A stretch of DNA of 64,000 bases from Chrysomallon squamiferum (taxonomy: Eukaryota; Animalia; Mollusca). Shown piece after piece: positions 12,125 through 26,994 of the stretch (position 1 is its first letter; the number at the start of each line of letters is the position of its first letter). Under the pieces are notes generated by a model. The model was not told the origin of the DNA. It saw only the letters and a program-made list of their open reading frames with translations, and did not search any database. The position numbers and the translations under genes were made by a program. The stretch covers positions 1,984,001 through 2,048,000 of the forward strand of contig CM022677.1 of NCBI GenBank assembly GCA_012295275.1. The letters are read 5' to 3'.

Positions 12125-15043
12125 AGTCTGTCCCTGTTTGTTGTATGTATTGGTATTATTTTGTATTTTTGTATTTGTATGTATCTATGTGTATCTGTCC
12201 CCTGTTTGTTGTATGTATTGGTATGTAGCATGTATATGTATCTGTGTGTGTATTATTTGTATGTATTTGTATGTACGTATCTATGTGTATCTGTCCCTGT
12301 TTGTTGTATGTATTGGTATGTAGCATGTATATGTACCTGTGTGTGTATTATTTTGTATGTATTTGTATGTACGTATCTATGTATCTGTCCCTCCCTTGTT
12401 GTATGTATTGGTATGTAGCATGTATATGTATCTGTGTGTGTATTATTTGTATTATGTGTATGTCATATCTATGTATCTGTCCCTGTTTGTTGTATGTATT
12501 GGTATGTAGCATGTATATGTATCTGTGTATTATTTTGTATGTATTTGTATGTATGTATGTATCTATGTGTATTATTTGTATGTACTATCTATGTCCCTGT
12601 TTGTTGTATGTATTGGTATGTAGCATGTATATGTATCTGTGTGTGTATTATTTGTATGTATTTGTATGTACGTATCTATGTGTATCTGTCCCTGTTTGTT
12701 GTATGTATTGGTATGTAGCATGTATATGTATCTGTGTGTGTATTATTTGTATGTATTTGTATGTACGTATCTATGTGTATCTGTCCCTGTTTGTTGTATG
12801 TATTGGTATGTAGCATGTATATGTATCTGTGTGTTGTATTATTTGTATTTATTTATGTACGTATCTATGTGTATCTGTCCCTGTTTGTTGTATGTCATTA
12901 TTGGTATGTAGCATGTATATGTATCTGTGTGTGTATTATTTGTATGTACATGTATTTTTGTATGTACGTGTGTATCTGTATTTATCTGTTTGTTTGTATG
13001 TATTGGTATGTAGCATGTATATGTATCTGTGTGTGTATTATTTGTATGTATTTGTATGTATATCTATGTATCTGTCCCTGTTTGTTGTATGTATTGGTAT
13101 GTAGCATGTATATGTATCTGTGTGTGTATTATTTGTATGTATTTGTATGTACGTATCTATGTGTATCTGTCCCTGTTTGTTGTATGTATTGGTATGTAGC
13201 ATGTATATGTATCTGTGTGTGTATTATTTGTATGTATTTGTATGTACGTATCTATGTGTATCTGTCCCTGTTTGTTGTATGTATTGGTATGTAGCATGTG
13301 TATATGTGTATTATGTGTATGTCTGTCCCTGTTTGTTGTATGTATTGGTATGTAGCATGTATATGTATCTGTGTGTGTATTATTTGTATGTACGTATCTA
13401 TGTGTATCTGTCCCTGTTTGTTGTATGTATTGGTATGTAGCATGTATATGTATCTGTGTGTGTATTATTTGTATGTATTTGTATGTACGTATCTGTGTAT
13501 CTGTCCCTGTTTGTTGTATGTATTGGTATGTAGCATGTATATGTATCTGTGTGTGTATTATTTGTATGTATTTGTATGTACGTATCTATGTGTATCTGTC
13601 CCTGTTTGTTGTATGTATTGGTATGTAGCATGTATATGTATCTGTGTTTGTTGTATATGTTGGTATGTTGTATATTTTGTATTATTTGTATGTATGTACG
13701 TATCTATGTGTATCTGTCCCTGTTTGTTGTATGTATTGGTATGTAGCATGTATATGTATCTGTGTGTGTATTATTTGTATGTACGTATCTATGTGTATCT
13801 GTCCCTGTTTGTTGTATGTATTGGTATGTAGCATGTATATGTATCTGTGTGTGTATTATTTGTATGTATCTGTCCCTGTTTGTTGTATGTATTGGTATGT
13901 AGCTATGTGTATCTGTCCCTGTTTGTTGTATGTATTGGTATGTAGCATGTATATGTATCTGTGTGTGTATTATTTGTATGTATTTGTATCTATCTGTGTA
14001 TCTGTCCCTGTTTGTTGTATGTATTGGTATGTAGCATGTATATGTATCTGTGTTTGTTTATTGTATGTATTGGTATGTAGCATGTATATGTATCTGTGTG
14101 TGTATTATTTGTATGTATTTGTATGTACGTATCTATGTGTATCTGTCCCTGTTTGTTGTATGTATTGGTATGTAGCATGTATATGTATCTGTGTGTGTAT
14201 TATTTGTATGTATTTGTATGTACGTATCTATGTGTATCTGTCCCTGTTTGTTGTATGTATTGGTATGTAGCATGTATATGTATCTGTGTGTGTTTATTTG
14301 TATGTATATCTATGTGTATCTGTCCCTGTTTGTTGTATGTATTGGTATGTAGCATGTATATGTATCTGTGTGTGTATTATTTGTATGTACGTATCTATGT
14401 GTATCTGTCCCTGTTTGTTGTATGTATTGGTATGTAGCATGTATATGTATCTGTGTGTGTATTATTTGTATGTACGTATCTATGTGTATCTGTCCCTGTT
14501 TGTTGTATGTATTGGTATGTAGCATGTATATGTATCTGTGTGTGTATTATTTGTATGTATTTGTATGTACGTATCTATGTGTATCTGTCCCTGTTTGTTG
14601 TATGTATTGGTATGTAGCATGTATATGTATCTGTGTGTGTATTATTTGTATGTACGTATCTATGTGTATCTGTCCCTGTTTGTTGTATGTATTGGTATGT
14701 AGCATGTATATGTATCTGTGTGTGTATTATTTGTATGTACGTATCTATGTGTATCTGTCCCTGTTTGTTTGTATTGGTATGTACTGGTATGTACCTATCT
14801 ATGTGTATCTGTCCCTGTTTGTTGTATGTATTGGTATGTAGCATGTATATGTATCTGTGTGTGTATTATTTGTATGTACGTATCTATGTGTATCTGTCCC
14901 TGTTTGTTGTATGTATTGGTATGTGGCATGTATATGTATCTGTGTGTGTATTATTTGTATGTACGTATCTATGTGTATCTGTCCCTGTTTGTTGTATGTA
15001 CTGGTATGTAGCATGTATATGTATCTGTGTGTGTATTATTTGT
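12125..15043. repeat. Tandem satellite with 95-bp and 85-bp unit variants (TCTGTCCCTGTTTGTTGTATGTATTGGTATGTAGCATGTATATGTATCTGTGTGTGTATTATTTGTATG...)
   Basis: Period 95 (12639/12734/12829) and 85 (14633/14718). It explains the C/V/Y/M-rich ORFs. Confidence 0.97.
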
Positions 15044-18000
15044 AACTCACAGCACTCTCAGTGTCTGTTTTGCTGAGGCTAAGGAAGATCACTGTTGTGT
15101 TAGAACACATTGCCAAACACACAGCTCGGAAAGCCTGGATTCCAAGGTAAATTCTAAACCTAGCTAAAAAATAAATAAATAAACAAAAATAAAGGTGTTA
15201 ATAATTAATGCAAATATAGAATACTAAATTGTTCAGTAGGTTGTAATATTTAATAAAATAATAAAAAATTAATAATATTATATATCCAATATTATGTAAT
15301 TCAGTATGATTATATTTTAAATAAATTAATAATAATAAAAATAAATAAATAAATAAATAAATGATAGATAGACACATGCATACATTAGATAGATACACAG
15401 AAGACAGATAGAAAGATTTATAACTAAATAAATATAAATTAAATAAAAATAATCAACTGTCTACTAAAACTTGTTTTAAGAGCATTTTTATAAATTAACA
15501 CTATAAATAAATTTATAATTATTTAAATAACTGATTCTTAAACTATTTATATTCAGAATTATCAAAGAGAACTACAGAAAGATTATATAGAATATTTTCT
15601 TTGTTTGTTATACTTCAAAAAATATTACAACTTTGACAATAATTGTTAAAAATCATAACAAAAAGAAAGAAAAAAGAAAGAAACTTGCTAATTAGGTACA
15701 AATAAGAAATTATATAAATCCACAGATTGACATACAGAAGGACAAACAGATAAGTATATATTAAGTAGAGATATAGGTATATAGACAGATTCTCAGAAAG
15801 ACAAATACATTTATCTGAACACATTCAAGGAAAGAAATACAAACAGAAAAGCAGAGATAGAAATAAAATAAATAAATAGGGAGGTAGGCAGAAAGAGAAA
15901 CAGACAGATAGACTAAGACATATTTACAGACATATTTACCTGAATATTTTTTCAAGATTTTGTCTGGCTGCTTTCAACAACAACTCCAGTTTCACAAGAA
16001 GATTAGTCAGTCGAGTCAAACTTTTTCTGTGGCTGTGGATGCATATCTTCCATGCTGTCACCCTTACTGGAAGAAAGTTTTGAAACTAATTTCTTTTCTT
16101 TTGTCAGAGTTGTTTCAGCAGTTTGTTCACTTTCTTTCTTAGACATTATTTTTACTGAACACCTCTGGCAATGGGTGGTGGTATTTCTGGTTTCTTTTCT
16201 AGTGTGTCTGGATGTTTCTTGGCACAGGAGTTTGAGTTTTCAGTGGTTGGTGTGGTGTTGTCAGTTTGTCTCAGGTCTAATGGTGGTACTGGTGTTGTTG
16301 TTGCTGACTGCTGTTTCATTTTCAATGATGTGAAACCCATGTCAGTTCTGTCAAAGTAACAAAAGAGAGAGAAAAAGAAAAATATATATTTGTGTGTGTG
16401 TGTTTATAACAAGAAACATGATGAAGAAATATAATAATAAAAAGAATTATAACTAGCTTGTAAAAACAAAAAATAATAACAATAATAATAATAATAAATA
16501 AAATATTAATAAAATAAAAGATGTAGTTAAGATTGAAAATATTAATACTATAAATTAATTAATTAATTAGTAAATCAAAATTTAAATTAAAATTATAATA
16601 ATAAAATAAATACATACACAAACGTACAATAATAATAATAATAAATATTTCTAATTCTTCAAATAAAATGAGCAGGATCACAAAATTAAAAAATGGGTCT
16701 TACAACTGAAGTGCTGGCTGAGGCAGCTTGAATCTGTTGTCTAGGATCCTACAACAAAATATAATATTCATTAATAAACTAAACATAAAATAAAGTGAAA
16801 GTAGCATTTTACATTATTGAAATAGTTGTAAATTCTGTAAATAAAATATTGAAATAAATTCAAAATATCTGTTTATTGTTTAATTATTCTATAATATAAG
16901 AGTGTAATGTGTGTGTTTTTGTGTGTTTTTTATTCATTAAGTTATTACCCTTTCACATTGTTAAGACTACATGTTTTGATGATCTTGTTCATCAGTCTGA
17001 TGAAATGTTCTTAAGGCTGAAAGTTAAGTAACAACAAAAGTTTCTGTATTAGTAAAGGAAAGACGTGTAAAGGAATTAAATAAAAATATTGATAACTAGG
17101 ACAGTATGTTTACATTGTAAAAAGAAGCTTTACAGCATCTTAACAAAAATATTAAAACAACTGGTCTGGTAAAGTACATTGTATTTGTTGGTTTAAAAAA
17201 CACTTACTTCAAGCTGGTCACTAATGACACTGCTAAAATAGACCATTTATTTAAGAACAATCACAGCATGTTTTTTTTACTATGTTTAATATCTTAAAAG
17301 GAACTAACTATACAGATAATGCAAAGAAACCCTGTTTATAAAATATGAAGTGACACCCTTTTAAACAAGCAACTAAAACTATTTTTCTAATATACATCTT
17401 TCCACAACCCCCCAAAAAAATATACAAACATATACCATAATAAATAAACATATACCATAATGTTATATATATCAGGACAATCAGCTAGATTGTTAAATAA
17501 CCTTATACCAGTCTGTGTAGCAGATCCACATGTTGCAGATCAGGCACCATAAACATAAGCACTAACAAAAATAGTTTTGTATAAATGGAATAAAAAATAT
17601 ACATTATAACTTTAGAAATGTGCTGTTTAATGGTTCAATAAACCTAATGTAATTCATTGGCCTTAAAGTTCCACCAAATCATTAACAACTGGATTTTAGA
17701 GAAATCATTAAATAATTATTTTATTATGTGAGTCATGTTTCACTTCTTAGGCAGAGAAGTAATTTTATTCCTCAGATTATTTAGTGACAGCACCTTTCCT
17801 CACAATATAGAGATTGTTATTTATTGTCATCTTAGAATAGATGCCTCACAGGAAACAACATGCCACCTGTCTGTACATAATGTGTTTAAAAGAAAATGAC
17901 ATATTCAGTCAGTAAACAAAAACAATATTAATTTTTTAAATATTTAATTACTAGTTTAATCTTAAAAGCCCCTAGTGCTTGTACAAACTTCAATCTGCGT

Positions 18001-19073
18001 TTATCAGTAGCTCCACCCATATGTGGGTAAGCTTAGTGAGTACATCTCAAGTAAGGCTAAAGTTGTGAGCACATATCACTAAAGGGAGGTAACTCTAATT
18101 GACATAATTTTTACTTTGCCGAGTAAACTCCTCCCACTTCCGATGACACATCATGGTTTATGTCACGTGACCTTATTATGTCACCCATATTATATATATA
18201 AAGAAAGTGATGTTACCACAATCTTTTGTAGATGAATCTGGAATCGGAAAGTACTGCTGTGGAACCTCCAAAAACACTGAGATTTGATCCCACGATCTCA
18301 CACACGTGAACCTGCTGACAAGAAACATTAAAGTTTCAGCTTGGTTCTGTACTTCACAAGCTGTGTGAGGGCGGGGCAGACAGCCAGCGTGCTGGGGACT
18401 AGGGCAGGGGGTGTTTTTATTTCTTAAACTATTCTTTTTATTATTCTCTGTTACAACCTTCTATTATGTGAATAATTTTTTTATTAGAATTATTTTTTCT
18501 TAACTTTGCTGAATAATTAAACCGCATAACTAAACAAATTAAATGAAACAAATCTAAATTCGAAAACATATCATTATTTTGTTTTATTTTCCTTTATCAA
18601 CATTTTTTTAGTTTTTGTTAATGCTTTATCCATTATCATTGTTATATTCATTCTATTATTAATGGATAACAGAGTTATTTCCCTTAGACTACTTTGTCTA
18701 TGAAATTGACTAATTATTATTAGTAGTAGTAGTAGTAGTATCTCTATTTGTGTATTCTTAGTTTATTTCATATATTTAAAATGTTTCAGAATAAAAATAA
18801 GAATTTAAATTTATTAAGAAATTCTGTTTTGATATGTGAAACTACGTATATGTTATTTATTATGATTAAAGAAAGAGAGTTTTCGGTTTCACTACGACTA
18901 AGATTGTATGTTTTCATGAAAATTTCATTTCACTGTAAAAATGTAGTATAAAAATTTCAGTTACATATAAATACTGTTTTTCATCCATTCATGCTGACAG
19001 TTTAAATTTCACTGATATGATGATTTCTAGCACGTGGAATGTAACATCAATTCAGGTGTTTAAAAGTGTAATA

Positions 19074-19123
<50 letters not shown>

Positions 19124-21384
19124 CATCTTTCTTTCATTTTTGTTTGTTTTTATTTTTGTTGTTGATATTATTGCTAACACTATTATTATTTTTATTATTG
19201 TTATTATTGCTAATATTGGTGTTATAGCTGTTGCTTTTTATGTTGGTTAATTTTGCTTTAGGCAGAATTGATAATTTTGTGTGGAGAGAAGAAAGCAAGT
19301 TAGAGAGAGAGAGAGAAAAAGACAGAGACAGAGAAAGACAAAGAGAGAGATACAGACAGAGTCAGACAGATAGAGAGAGAAAGAGAGACAGAGACACAGA
19401 TAGAGTGTCAGAGAGACAGAAAGAAAGAGTGAATCACAGAGACTGTGAAAGAAAGACTGAGAGAAATGGACACAGAGACAGAGAGACAAAGAGAGAGACT
19501 AACCATTAACAAACTACTAATCACTAACCAAATACTAACCACTAACAAAATACTAACTATTAACAAATACTAACATTTAACAAATACTAACTCTTACTAA
19601 CATCCCCTATGTGTACTGAACCTCACCGTGGTGTAGGGTGGCAACATTTCCAAAGGGAATGGCTAATTAGTACATTAATATAATAACATTTAATTGGTTA
19701 GATAGATAGACAGATAGATAGATTATGATAGATAAATAGAAATACCTACATACAGAGATAGTTACTGAAGATAGATGAACAGGTGGATACATAGGGTATT
19801 GCTACTATTTCTAATTTTTAATACAGTGCCATTACTTTGAAAGCCCTTTCTATATACAGATAGACAGCCAGACCAACAGAATATAGACAGAAGTGTATGT
19901 ACTTAAGAATAAGTTATGACATATAAATATCTGGCTTTCTTTCTCTCTCACTCTCCAAATTACTCATCCTTACTTACCTGCATGTTTCTATCTATCTATC
20001 TGTCTATCTATATGTTTGTTTTATTTCATCATCAATTTCTCTGGCTATTTGTCTATCTATGTATCTGTCTGTCTGTTGATCAACCTGTGGTGTAGCTTAA
20101 TCTTATTACCTGTCTAGCTAACCATTCATTCATCACTAAATCCATTTACCTATCTATCCTCTGTCTGTCTGTTTATCTATCTATCTATCTATCTATCTAT
20201 ATATACACACATATATATTTATATAATTATCTCTTAAAAATCATACACACAGGGCACACTTCTCTGTTTCATACAGAGGTCAATCCTGTTCTCTCTCTGT
20301 AACACACAAATACATATAACCACACCTACATATCAGTCTCTCTCAGTCTAGCCATTTATCTATAATCTATCTAGCACACATATACACATACTCTTATTCA
20401 CACATTCAGTAATATACCAATCCTCTAACATAAATACAAATAATCACTATTATGAATCTATCTATCGATGAACTATTAATGTAGTTTATGCAGTTTGTGT
20501 GTGTGTGTGTGTGTGTCCATATATATATATATATAAACATTATTCACTCATTATTTATTTATTTATATTTAATATATTATCTCTCTATCAATCATCTTTC
20601 TCAAAAATCCACAAAAAACACAGTCTTTCACATACACATTTATATATCCATTCTCTCTAACACAAACATATAGTTATACATACACATCAATTTATCTATG
20701 TTAATCTGTATATATCTATCTATATATGTAACTAATTATTGTCTACCTAACCTATCAATCTATTTCTCAATCGATCAATTCATCTAACTATCTCTACATC
20801 AATCTATCTTACCCTCTCAGTTACAAATAGCACAGTCTATCTTGCAAACACACATACACACATATTTACATACACACTCTCTCTCTTAATATCGTATTTA
20901 ATTATTTAATCTATTCTTTTTATCTATTTATCTATCTATAAATATATTTCTTTATCTATCTATTTATGCCATATACATAAGCAACAGACTCAGTCTTTCT
21001 TACAGTCGTGCAGTATATACTGATGCCTCCTTGCATCTATCTAGCTTTTTTGTCTCTTTCAATTTACATCTCTATCCACCCTTTTTTACACACACACACA
21101 CACACACATATAGGTACATATACATACTAGTCATCTTTAAACACACAAATACATTATCATTCCTATACACACACACACACACACACACACATTCCTTAAC
21201 ATCTATCTATATGTCTATCAGTCTGTCTACAAATCAGTCTACCAAACTAGTAACATACCTACCTATCAGTTTATCTCTCTAGCTTATACGTCTGTTTTTC
21301 AATAACCATCTCTCAATCATATGTCCAGCTACCTGAATATCTAACTATATACTACTTCAAACCTCGCTATCTTGCTGAATGTCT

Positions 21385-22125
21385 GTCTATATAATCTATC
21401 TGTATTTATTTCTGTGTGTGTATATATACACACAGAGATAAATAGTTACATCTTTCTGTATTTATCTCTTTTTATCTATCTAATCTATCTGTATTTATTT
21501 CTGTGTGTGTATATATATACACAGAAATAAATAGTTACATCTTTCTGTATTTATCTCTTTTTATCTATCTATATAATCTATCTGTATTTATTTCTGTGTG
21601 TATATATATACACAGAAATAAATAGTTACATCTTTCTGTATTTATCTCTTTTTATCTATCTATATAATCTATCTGTATTTATCTCTTTTTATCTGTCTAT
21701 ATAATCTATCTGTATTTATCTCTTTATATCTATATATATATCTGTATTTATCTCTGTATATCCATCTACATAATCTATCTGTATTTACCTTTGTATGTCC
21801 GTCTATATAATCTATCTATATTTATTTATATCTGTGTATCTGTCTATATAATCTATCTGTATTTATCTCTGTTTATCTGTCTATCTAATCTGTCTGTATT
21901 TATTTCTATATATCTACATATAATCTATCTGTATTTATTTCTATATATCTATATATAATCTATCTGTATTTATTTCTATATATCTATTAATAATCTGTCT
22001 GTATTTATTTCTATATATCTATATATAATCTGTCTGTATTTATTTCTATATATCTATATATAATCTGTCTGTATTTATTTCTATATATCTATATATAACC
22101 TATCTGTATTTATTTCTGGATATCT
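21385..22125. repeat. Degenerate TATC-rich minisatellite (TATAATCTATCTGTATTTATTTCT...) within a broad TATC/CA-rich intronic zone
   Basis: The core TAATCT(A/G)TCTGTATTTAT recurs throughout. Confidence 0.85.
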
Positions 22126-22476
22126 ATCTTTAAGTTATCAGTTCATCACTAACGCGATCCTAACACAGATCCAATCCTGTCTGTCTTCTGTCTGTCTCTG
22201 TGTGTATTTATCTATGTACATTTACATCATCATATCCACTTTACCATCATACTTGCTTACACCTATCTATTTATCCATCCATCGAACTCCCTATATAAAT
22301 GCCTCCCTATATATGCTTCTCTATCCATCAATAACAATCCCTTGAATCAGCTATTCATCTTCCTGACTATCTCCCTAAATTATTATAACTACGTTTTATA
22401 TCTATCTTTCTGTGTTACTGTCCATTTATAATTCTCATTCACAATTCCCTTATTTAGCGATCCTTATCAATCACTG

Positions 22477-22517
<41 letters not shown>

Positions 22518-23280
22518 CACTTTCTATGTCACATATCTATATGTATCTCTATACGTATATCTATGTACACAATTTCTCATTCTATCTATATAATCAACCT
22601 ACCTAACAGTTTATATATCAATAACATCAATCAGTCATTTAAACATCTTCTTGTCTACATACCTTCAAACCTCCCTATAGTTCTGTATGTTTGCTCACAT
22701 ATATACTGTATATTCACTCTTCAAACAAGACTGAATATATATATATATTCAGTCTTCCACATTACCATTGTACTGACCTACCCACCTGTCTGTCCCTCTG
22801 TGTGTCTGCTGTCTGTTAGATAACTATCTACATACATCTGCATATCAACCTATTGAACTATTGACCTACATACCTATTTGTTTATCTATCCACATTATGA
22901 CAGATCAATAACCATCCATCAATCTAATTCCCTGTCAAACTACCTACATACATAACTAACTATGCCTGCATTACAACCTGTATGATTTAAGTATACATCT
23001 GTACGTCTACTCAGCCTGGCACACAAACACATGACAGAAAGAAGAAAACACAGAATAGATAAATAGACACTGTCATGTTTACCTATCTGCCTAAATTCAT
23101 CTACATCTATCAATTCATTTAACTTCTACTGATCTAACTGTCTATCAGTCTATCAACATCTCTCTTTCTTTCTGTTTATCTTCCTGTGTATCTCTTTACC
23201 TGTTAACCTCCCATCAGACAGTGTCTCATATCTCTGTCAATCATCTCTCCTTTCCTTTAAATCACTTACAGTTGCTCTAA

Positions 23281-23778
23281 ACTTGCTAATATTGTCTATG
23301 AAAACAACATTAAGCTGGAACCTGCTAATATTGTCTATGAAAACAACATTAAGCTGGAACCTGCTAATATTGTCTATGAAAACAACATTAAGCTGGAACC
23401 TGCTAATATTGTCTATGAAAACAACATTAAGCTGGAACCTGCTAATATTGTCTATGAAAACAACATTAAGCTGGAACTTGCTAATATTTAAGTCTATGAT
23501 TAAGCTTGTATTGTCTATGAAAACAACATTAAGCTGGAACCTGCTAATATTGTCTATGAAAACAACATTAAGCTGGAACCTGCTAATATTGTCTATGAAA
23601 ACAACATTAAGCTGGAACCTGCTAATATTGTCTATGAAAACAACATTAAGCTGGAACTTGCTAATATTGTCTATGAAAACAACATTAAGCTGGAACTTGC
23701 TAATATTGTCTATGAAAACAACATTAAGCTGGAACTTGCTAATATTGTCTATGAAAACAACATTAAGCTGGAACCTGC
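23281..23778. repeat. 39-bp tandem repeat (~12-13 copies) inside a candidate exon; encodes FQLNVVFIDNIS(K/R) on the minus strand
   Basis: Unit GCTAATATTGTCTATGAAAACAACATTAAGCTGGAAC(C/T)T. The minus frame runs open to a GTAAGT donor at 23269. Confidence 0.95.
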
Positions 23779-26700
23779 TTGTTGTCTGTCTGTAAATATC
23801 ATTGCTCCACATATTTTCATTTCTTCTATAATTTGTTATGTAGAAACACACAAAGCTTTTGCACTGTCATTAATCTTGACAGTGGAAGTTTTTTGTTCCC
23901 TTCCATAATAACCAAGAATCATCCTCTGTTAACTACTGGAGAATAATCAATCCACACTGATGTGTATTGACAACATTTTCTCTGGAATCTGCTTTGGAAA
24001 GAAAAATCCATCTTTTGTGAATAATAATAATTGTTCCATATCAGTAGATACCTCATCTGTTTAAATTCTTCTCCCTCTTCTTGTAACTGAAGCTGATTCC
24101 AGAATCTTGTCTTTCCTGTAGATACAACAATAAAATGTAATAGAATAATAAGTATTTTTTGATTGTGTTTAATTGTCTGTAATGTTAGAAAGAAATTATT
24201 ATAAATATACATCGTCTGTCTCTTATTGTAATAGATTTTAATAATAAATCACAAATAATTTAATCAAAAAATATATATCTATAAAAAAGTATCACAACAA
24301 ATTTTACATTCTGGTCAATTAAAAAAACAACAATTGTCTTTTATAACTGAATTCATAAAAACATGTGAAAGTATTTCTTTATGAAAGATTTTCTAATACT
24401 AAACAAGAAGAATGCACTGATTAGACCAAAATATTTTAAAGTTAAGCAATACAAACATAACATGAAAATGTAATAATAATAATAATACAAATACCACTAA
24501 TATTTCTCAAAGCTAAAATCCATAAAATTGTGAATTCTCCTCTGAATCTTCAGCACAGACCTGCCTTGTACTCTAAGGGAGAGAGTGAGATCTGAAAACC
24601 TCTGTCTTTGTACAAGTGTTTAAAAGAAATACAAAATTTGACATGGACTTGACAGTTTCCACCTGTAAATTGAAAAGAATTCATTATCACCAGCCTATAA
24701 AAATGACAGGCATTTTAGTTAAATAACTATTTGATAAGTTCTGTCATTTATTCATTTACTAACAGATACCAAAGCTTTTCAGTTCTGTGTCACTCTCCAC
24801 CAGGTATCTCAATCCAGTCACTTTGATTACAAGCTGCATTACTTTTTTGGAACACTTAGAACTGATTCTATACATCTAATTTTAGATTTGATTAAAAATA
24901 TATAAGTTAATAATCTGCCTACAACATTCAATTTATAAAATAAAATTAATAAAATAAAATAAAAATAAATAATAAATAAAAAGTAAGCATCAAATTTATC
25001 ATTCTAAATCTTAACGTACATTATTTAAATGACTATTTTTTTACCTATTCCAGGCTAGGAGCATATGATTAATTTATTTGGGAAGAAATATCTCAGTCAT
25101 GGAAAATTATTATAAATTATCAATGAATTATACTTAAACAATGTTTTAATACTGACTTTATTTATCTGGATATAGTGGTAACATTCAAGAAGCAGCAAAA
25201 ATAATGTTAAAAAGGACTAAATCCTTTGCCACTGGCCATTACAAGCCCTGCATTCATACGTACATATGTACTTAAACACATTACTATTATTTATTATTAT
25301 AAAACATAATGATACCACTTACTTTAGAACAGTTCTCTGTTTTATTGATTTCCTCTGTCTAGTATCAGTATCAGATGAATTTGTCATCTTCAGTTTTTTT
25401 TTCTCATTATCACCTGCAAAACAAGATTAATAATTCAGCAATTTTGGAAGAAAAGCTGGATTAGCCACAATTAATAAACTCAAAATGGTTTCCAGCTTAC
25501 AGTTTGTTCTATCTGTATTCACTGAGTACATTTCTCTTTTATTTCCTCATCTTGAACTCATCTTGAACTGTTTTCTATTATTATACATATGATCCTAAAA
25601 TTGTGACAGAAAAACAACAACACATTTATAAATATATAAATAAAAATAAAAATATCAAAACAGAATAAATTAAATGGATAAATTTAAAAATGATAAACAA
25701 AGATTTTGAAAAGAAATAAATATATAAATAAATTAATTATCAAAAATAAATTAAATATAAATAAAAAGATACAAAGATAAAAGAGATAATAGTAAAGGAA
25801 AGTGAAGATAAACTAAAATTCTCAACTTTATAGTGAAATAAATCAACATTAAAATAAAAATCATTGCACAATGCAGAACAGAATTGTTGAAAGTATTAAA
25901 CTTGTTTAAAAACTTGTCAAAGATCAACATCAAAAAAAAAAAAAAAAAGGCAAATTTAAAGTAATAGAAAATCAAAACATCTGCCTAAAAATTGTAATTT
26001 TAAACTTTTGTTTGAAGTTGTAAAATTATTTAAAGTAAAACATAACAAATAATGCATTTTCTAATAACCTAACAAAATGAACTATAAGTATTATAACCAA
26101 ACTGATTAAAAAAAAAAAAAAGACAGAAGAGTTAAAAAATTAATAAATTATTTATATTTTAATTACAATGAAAATAAATTTCAACTTTACAAACAAACAA
26201 ACAAACAAAACACAAAATTGATAATACTCTGTCAAAATTTGCCTGTTTGTAAATACCATATTTATTATAAGGCCTGAAATATAATATTAATTTATTAATA
26301 AGTATCATTTCTACGAACTCTATGGAAAAATAAATAAATATATTCAAAATAGCTAACCTGAAATATATTTTATTTGATATATTTATCTAATTATATAAAC
26401 ATAAAACAACTTCCAGTAACATATAACTTGGAATTAATCAAACAATTACATTTTCTTCGATATATTATTATAAAATTAATATATGGTGAAAACTAAAATG
26501 TAAACAAGTATGACAAAGTAATATTTATTTCCTTATTAAACTGAATTATAAGTCTTAATAAAAAGACTATCCAAATTAAGGCAAATAACAGTGCTTGAGC
26601 TATATTTGAAGAGTTATATATCTTGATATAATTAAAATTCTGTATTCTTGCTGGAACGTTTTTTAAATTTCATCATATTTTATTTTCCTGTAATCTACAT

Positions 26701-26939
26701 AATACTGATGCTGACATCTGTTTTAAAAAGGTTATTTTATTAAGTTTTGCTATGCTTGTATAAGTCATAACTTTATTATTAAACTGTTAAGGTTTATTAT
26801 GACAAAAAAGTACAGAAGTTGGTAAAATTTTAACTTTATTTATAAAAAATATATATTTCCTTAATTGTTAGAATCATCGAGTGTACAAAAAACTATATGA
26901 TATAAAAATATTTTTGTTGTAAAACAAAAACTGGAGCAA

Positions 26940-26994
<55 letters not shown>

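Noticed and set aside
11458-12323. Hydrophobic V/I/L-rich plus-strand ORFs read as membrane proteins
   Set aside because: Derived from GTT/ATT/GTA triplet runs; no recognisable domain.
12161-15076. Cys/Tyr/Val/Met-rich ORFs
   Set aside because: Products of the 95/85-bp satellite; the unit lengths are not multiples of three.
18270-18410. Possible tRNA/SINE head (minus-strand GGGATCAAATCTC B-box-like)
   Set aside because: No convincing A box or cloverleaf; too degenerate to call.
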